Shown: positions 26,455 through 30,627 of the stretch, one piece after another | Layout of the letters: every line of letters starts with the position of its first letter | How positions within the stretch are numbered: the first letter of the stretch is position 1 | From: a virus | Taxonomy: Duplodnaviria > Caudoviricetes | DNA length: 30,627 nucleotides | Strand: one strand, 5' to 3' | IMG/VR virus record: IMGVR_UViG_3300043391_001325 | Span: 1 to 30,627 of that record | Program-made: the position numbers and the translations under genes | The notes under the pieces: generated by a model | What the model saw: the letters and a program-made list of their open reading frames with translations, nothing else | Database searches by the model: none | What the model was told of the DNA's origin: nothing

Positions 26455-27057
26455 ATGAAAAGTTTTGCTGAATGGCTCGTAGAGAATAAAAAAGAAATAA
26501 ATGAAATCTCGTCTGATCTTCTTTATAGAGCAGCCAGTGCTGCTGAGGGCAGACCAGATGCAAGAGGTGAAAGACTTGCCAATAAATTCCAAACAGCAGG
26601 ACAAAACAAAGAAGACCAAGCTAGGAGAGCGGCAGATGAAGCTGATGAGCAAAAAATTGATAGTCATCCCGATAAAGTATTTGTAGACTTGGGATCCATG
26701 GGTAAATTTCATCTTATCCTTACACAGGGACACGGAAATGCTCGTGAGATGAATGGTAAAGATAGTCCTCCATTTTTTAATTTAGCGTTTAAAGCTAAAG
26801 AAGAACCGGGACCACAGGGCAGGCGGAGCGGTGTGTTAAATGGTATGTTGAGACTGGAGAAAGAAAGCGAAATGAGTCCAGTTTATGATATATATTTTAC
26901 ACAGTATTACAGAGGTGCTCCAAACGTTACTAGTTGGGAAGGTAGAACTAGTGATCCCAAGGTTAGAGGATTGGATAGAAAATCCGCCATGATAATCACT
27001 AAGTTTATAAACAGTCACGGCGGAAACATTAAACCAACTGAGCTGCCTCTACGATAA
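26455..27057 (+). CDS. Hypothetical protein with capsid-targeting-like N-terminus
   Basis: MKSFAEWLVENKKEINEIS; GGAGG SD. Confidence 0.75.
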   Translation: MKSFAEWLVENKKEINEISSDLLYRAASAAEGRPDARGERLANKFQTAGQNKEDQARRAADEADEQKIDSHPDKVFVDLGSMGKFHLILTQGHGNAREMNGKDSPPFFNLAFKAKEEPGPQGRRSGVLNGMLRLEKESEMSPVYDIYFTQYYRGAPNVTSWEGRTSDPKVRGLDRKSAMIITKFINSHGGNIKPTELPLR

Positions 27058-27071
27058 TTCTTGGTCAACTC

Positions 27072-27449
27072 ATGAAGACCTTCCAAGAATATCTTTTAGA
27101 GAACGAGAATCATTTTTCTCAATCGTTCTATACAATTAATGGCCAGAACTATAAAGTCTCTCAAATAGCTGATTGGGCCAAGAAAAACTTGCAGCCAGTT
27201 GCTCTGAAAATTTCAGATTTTCAGAGCAAGTATGTTGACGCAAAAGATTTGTTTATAGATGTAGAAGAAGGTGATTGGGTTAATAGATCCATGAATTCAA
27301 ATCTATCATTTCCAATTTTAGTATTAGACCGCCCAGACGGTAAATGGGAAATAATAGACGGTAATCATCGTCTCTGGAAAGCTTGGAAAAGTAGAATGAA
27401 TACGATTAATGCGTATCTGATCGATTCGAATTCTTTACAACAAATCTAA
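27072..27449 (+). CDS. ParB/sulfiredoxin-like domain protein with capsid-targeting-like N-terminus
   Basis: PILV.....WEIIDGNHRL.KA motif; MKTFQEYLLENE. Confidence 0.8.
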   Translation: MKTFQEYLLENENHFSQSFYTINGQNYKVSQIADWAKKNLQPVALKISDFQSKYVDAKDLFIDVEEGDWVNRSMNSNLSFPILVLDRPDGKWEIIDGNHRLWKAWKSRMNTINAYLIDSNSLQQI

Positions 27450-27676
27450 TCTTCTTCTCCCGGCTGCTTAATAGCCAATTTTTTGATTTCATTTAATACT
27501 TTAAATGGAGCTCTGATTATCATTCGTTTCCATCTTTCATGGTAAACAGCATCTGTTATGTATTCGTATCTTTTGCCATCTACATAGACAATTACTCTTC
27601 CATCTTTGAAGAATCCGCCATAAGCTATATTTGGTTTGTTTTCTTTATTTTCTAGCCACTCATTAAATTTGATCAT
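27446..27676 (-). CDS. Small protein with capsid-targeting-like N-terminus
   Basis: MIKFNEWLENKE; TAAATA-N5-ATG. Confidence 0.7.
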   Translation of the reverse strand: MIKFNEWLENKENKPNIAYGGFFKDGRVIVYVDGKRYEYITDAVYHERWKRMIIRAPFKVLNEIKKLAIKQPGEED

Positions 27677-27724
27677 ATTTATATTTATTCTTAAAGCAAT
27701 AATTATCTACTAATTTAATTATAT

Positions 27725-27797
27725 GCGGGCGTAACTCAGTTGGTAGAGTTTTTGATTTCCAATCAAAATGTCATCGGTTCGAACCCGATCGCCCGCT
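27725..27797 (+). tRNA. trnG: tRNA-Gly (anticodon UCC), CCA not encoded
   Basis: Acceptor GCGGGCG/CGCCCGC, D arm ACTC/GAGT, anticodon arm TTTGA-TTTCCAA-TCAAA, T arm ATCGG-TTCGAAC-CCGAT, discriminator U. Confidence 0.95.
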
Positions 27798-28250
27798 TTA
27801 AAACTTCCCAGTTGGTCCAGAATATGGTCTGAAACTTGGACCTAATACTCTTTTATTTATTTGGTAGGCATCTTCGCCAGCTTTAAATACTGCTTTGGTG
27901 CCAATTTGCTCTGAAAGCCAATCTACTAATTCTGGGTATAATGATGATAACTTAGAGAAGGATTGTTCCAGGAAACCGGCTCCAGATGCCAAAACAAGGG
28001 CTCCAGCTTTGTCTATAAAGGGTGCTAACCAAGGAAGCAATGTTCTTACCATTTCAAGTCTAAACCCCATATAAATCAAAGCAGCGAGGAATGCAGTGGC
28101 CTTCATGACCTTATAGGCCTTATACAAAACAGCAACTATATTCTCAGGAGCATTTATGGTTCTGGACAAGCCTTTTGACACTGCAGCCATACTCACTTCA
28201 TTGAGTGAATTTTCAATTTCTCTGATTTGTATGTATTCTTTGAAATTCAT
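27798..28250 (-). CDS. Hydrophobic protein with capsid-targeting-like N-terminus
   Basis: MNFKEYIQIRE...LNEVS; hydrophobic helices AFLAALIYMGF and AGALVLASGAG. Alternative start at 28262. Confidence 0.65.
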   Translation of the reverse strand: MNFKEYIQIREIENSLNEVSMAAVSKGLSRTINAPENIVAVLYKAYKVMKATAFLAALIYMGFRLEMVRTLLPWLAPFIDKAGALVLASGAGFLEQSFSKLSSLYPELVDWLSEQIGTKAVFKAGEDAYQINKRVLGPSFRPYSGPTGKF

Positions 28251-28258
28251 TATGTAAT

Positions 28259-29128
28259 TCACTTATTTTTAAATATATGATTAATTAAATTATCGACAAC
28301 TTTTCGAGAACGTCGAAATAATTCTTGTTCAAGTTTATCATCATTTGTTGGATAATCTGTTCCAAACCCAGATATTAAACCGTCTACACATCCTTCTTTT
28401 ACGTAAATTCCTGAGTAAACCATTTGTTTGACGATAGGTTCTATACTCTTAATGGGATCTGAGTTTACATTTTTATTATTTTTTGTATATTCGATATAAG
28501 AATCTGGTTTTTTAATATCGTTGTAGTCATCTGCTCCGTTGTCGCCTTGCATAAAAAAAGCTGCGTATTTACCTTCTAAGTGATTTTTCAATAAATCATC
28601 ATACTCGCCGCTTTTTGCCAATGGTCGTGTAACCTTGCTATTTTTTAAATCATCTCCTAATATTTCTTTAGCATCTTTTATGGCTAGTGTGAGGTTGCAA
28701 CAAACTAATCGGTCAAAGAAACTTTTTACTACACTACTAGGTGCATCCCAGTTAATGGGGGAGAACACAACGAACCCATCACAATTCTCTAATTTTTTAT
28801 AGACATCTTCCTCATGCATGAAATCTTTTATTTTGCTTCCTTTGCCATAGCACGAACAAGGAAAATGGCAATGAATACCACCGGCCGTGCTTATACATGC
28901 TTTACAAGGTTGAATGATGTTACCATCACACTTAACAGAGAGATCTATTACATCAAAAACAACATCTTTTCTATCTTTAATAGCGTTTTTCAATAATCGA
29001 TAACTTTTAGATTCATGATCTGGGCAGCAATTATCATTTCTAGCCGATCCTTGGATAGCTAAAATCTTTATTTTAGCACCTTTGTTTCTGGCTCGCTCTT
29101 CATTCAAAAAATCTAAAAAATCTCTCAT
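28259..29128 (-). CDS. Flavodoxin-fold NAD(P)H-dependent FMN reductase / iron-sulfur flavoprotein
   Basis: ILAIQGSAR, PCKACIST...CHFPCSCY Cys cluster, DGFVVFSPINW..SSVVKSFFDRLVC, HLEGK; N-terminus MRDFLDFLNEE. Confidence 0.85.
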   Translation of the reverse strand: MRDFLDFLNEERARNKGAKIKILAIQGSARNDNCCPDHESKSYRLLKNAIKDRKDVVFDVIDLSVKCDGNIIQPCKACISTAGGIHCHFPCSCYGKGSKIKDFMHEEDVYKKLENCDGFVVFSPINWDAPSSVVKSFFDRLVCCNLTLAIKDAKEILGDDLKNSKVTRPLAKSGEYDDLLKNHLEGKYAAFFMQGDNGADDYNDIKKPDSYIEYTKNNKNVNSDPIKSIEPIVKQMVYSGIYVKEGCVDGLISGFGTDYPTNDDKLEQELFRRSRKVVDNLINHIFKNK

Positions 29129-29146
29129 ATTTGCTTTATTTCTAAT

Positions 29147-29509
29147 TCACGCATACCAAGTTCCGCCGGCACCCGATTCTGGCTTTGTGGTTGTGGGCGG
29201 AACTTCTTTCTTGCTAATTGCACTCTTTATTCCTTTAGCAGCCAGTTTTGATCCATGATAAATTCCTTTGCCAGCAAGATTTACTCCGCCTTTTATGGCA
29301 TCTCCTGTGAGATCAATTCCTTTTTTAAGAACATGACCAGCAACATTAGCGCCAATATCCACAGCCTTTTTGGCAACATATTTTACTGCTCTTCCTGTGG
29401 CTTGAGGAGCAATTGCACCTGCAATACCAGTAGCAAGAGCCAATGTTCCTAGTATTTCGTTATAGACTTCTGGGTCTTTGTCTTCTAGCCATTCTGAGAA
29501 TTTTTTCAT
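29147..29509 (-). CDS. Gly/Ala/Lys-rich amphipathic protein with capsid-targeting-like N-terminus
   Basis: Start re-called to 29509 (ATGA overlap): MKKFSEWLEDKDPEVYNEIL; roughly 11-mer repeats (VLKKGIDLTGD/AIKGGVNLAGK/GIYHGSKLAAK). Confidence 0.7.
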   Translation of the reverse strand: MKKFSEWLEDKDPEVYNEILGTLALATGIAGAIAPQATGRAVKYVAKKAVDIGANVAGHVLKKGIDLTGDAIKGGVNLAGKGIYHGSKLAAKGIKSAISKKEVPPTTTKPESGAGGTWYA

Positions 29510-29916
29510 GGTGCAACCGTTGTTGTTGTAGTTGTAGTTGTAGTTGTAGTTGTAGTTGGCGCAACACAAACTCCACTTACACAGGTATATCCTGCTGGAC
29601 ATTCATTGCCACAACTTCCGCAGTTACTTTCATCATTTGTTAAATTAACACAAACACTATCGCAAAGAGTTTCTGAGCCAGAGCAATCTCCTCTTGCTTC
29701 AACAAATTCACTTGGAATAATTTGGGCTAAGTATTCTCCTCCATTGGACACTGTTATTACTTCTCCGTCTTTTTTGGAGACTATTTTTTTGCCGTTGAAA
29801 TCTATCATATTTAAGGTTCTCTGAATACTGTTTCCATTCAAGATAGCAGTATCTAATCCACCTTCTGAAGCTAGATTTTTGAGGATTGGGCTGAGTTCTA
29901 AATTAGAGTCTGACAT
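29506..29916 (-). CDS. Protein with STIG1-like Cys-rich module and poly-Thr tail
   Basis: CDSVCVNLTNDESNCGSCGNECPAGYTCVSGVC then PTTTTTTTTTTTTTVAP; AAGGA SD. Confidence 0.7.
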   Translation of the reverse strand: MSDSNLELSPILKNLASEGGLDTAILNGNSIQRTLNMIDFNGKKIVSKKDGEVITVSNGGEYLAQIIPSEFVEARGDCSGSETLCDSVCVNLTNDESNCGSCGNECPAGYTCVSGVCVAPTTTTTTTTTTTTTVAP

Positions 29917-29987
29917 ATTTATTATTCCTTTTAGTTAAGTGTTATTGTTAGTTCTTCAGTTACCTGGTTCTGCCGTAGTCGTTGTTA

Positions 29988-30626
29988 TTATCCAATAATA
30001 TTTATCACACCAGCCATGCTGGAATGAAATTCACAATTATAGTAAAGAATACTCAGTTCGGCGTCGGCTGGAACAGCGAAGATTAACGTTCCAACACCGA
30101 AACCAGCACCGTTGTTTTGAATCCCTGTGTTATAAGCGTCTTCTTGTCCTGTAGTCTGAGTCGTTTTGATCCAGAAAGGATGACTAATTGCGTTAATATT
30201 AAACGTATACGTCATACCTTTTGTGAGATTTAAGGTTGGATTGTTGATTTCATTAATTACATACGAACCAGCAAAACTATCGGTGACATTAAATGTAAAT
30301 GCTGGCGTTGCAGTTGTGGTTGTAGTTGGTTCCTCTGTCGTTGTAGTTGGTTCTACTGTTGTGGTTGTTGGCTCCTCTGTTGTAGTTGGAGCTACTGTTG
30401 TAGTTGGCTCCTCTGTTGTAGTTGGAGCTACTGTTGTAGTTGGCTCCTCTGTTGTAGTTGGAGCTACTGTTGTAGTTGGCTCCTCTGTTGTAGTTGGAGC
30501 TACTGTTGTAGTTGGAGCTACTGTTGTAGTTGGAGCTACTGTTGTAGTTGGAGCTACTGTTGTAGTTGGAGCTACTGTTGTAGTTGGAGCTACTGTTGTA
30601 GTTGGATCTACTGTTGTTGTGGTTGG
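29988..30626 (-). CDS. Thr-rich mucin-like protein with C-terminal cupredoxin-like domain, 5'-truncated
   Basis: Frame is open from the window end (PTTTVA/PTTTEE repeats) into NPTLNLTKG.TYTF...HPF...LYYNCEFHSSMAG (His...Cys-x2-His-x2-Met). Confidence 0.75.
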   Translation of the reverse strand, partial: PTTTTVDPTTTVAPTTTVAPTTTVAPTTTVAPTTTVAPTTTVAPTTTEEPTTTVAPTTTEEPTTTVAPTTTEEPTTTVAPTTTEEPTTTTVEPTTTTEEPTTTTTATPAFTFNVTDSFAGSYVINEINNPTLNLTKGMTYTFNINAISHPFWIKTTQTTGQEDAYNTGIQNNGAGFGVGTLIFAVPADAELSILYYNCEFHSSMAGVINIIG

Positions 30627-30627
30627 A
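30310..30627 (-). repeat. Coding tandem repeat, 18-bp units (CCAACTACAACAGTAGCT / CCAACTACAACAGAGGAG)
   Basis: Directly visible. Confidence 0.95.

Noticed and set aside
27072-27449. ParABS partition system
   Set aside because: No HTH or dimerisation domain, no ParA, no parS repeats.
27725-27797. Suppressor tRNA / alternative genetic code
   Set aside because: The anticodon is a normal UCC with Gly identity (U73); core genes are intact and TAA, TAG and TGA all serve as stops.
3422-29824. Many short antisense or nested ORFs (e.g. 4145, 4656, 6446, 9076, 13722, 15802, 17422, 21165, 24386, 26437, 29606)
   Set aside because: Shadows of well-supported genes, with no SD or motifs.

Overview
AT-rich 30.6 kb fragment of a large T4-superfamily-like tailed dsDNA phage, read in the standard code. 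Both ends lie inside Thr-rich repeat genes, so these are probably contig breaks. Core genes: a gp17-like large terminase (minus strand, away from the head genes) and a head cluster (large core-like protein, gp21 prohead protease, gp22-like scaffold, gp23 major capsid protein), followed by free-standing homing-endonuclease-like genes and a tRNA-Gly(UCC). Accessory genes encode an M4-like metalloprotease, patatin, DUF3445, a ferritin-like protein, a HAD hydrolase, a signal-peptide cysteine protease, an Fe-S flavoprotein, a ParB/Srx domain and an SGT1/HPAT-like glycosyltransferase. Main observations: (1) about 11 unrelated proteins, including enzymes, start with a T4 internal-protein-like capsid-targeting leader (MKxFxEW/Y/F-L/I); (2) five genes have TA(T/A)ATA exactly 5 nt before an SD-less ATG, suggesting leaderless late transcripts; (3) several mucin-like Thr-rich proteins co-occur with a candidate protein O-glycosyltransferase; (4) the capsid gene's 3' end has atypical codons and a degenerate duplicate next to the endonuclease genes. 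All family calls come from motif recognition by eye, not database searches.
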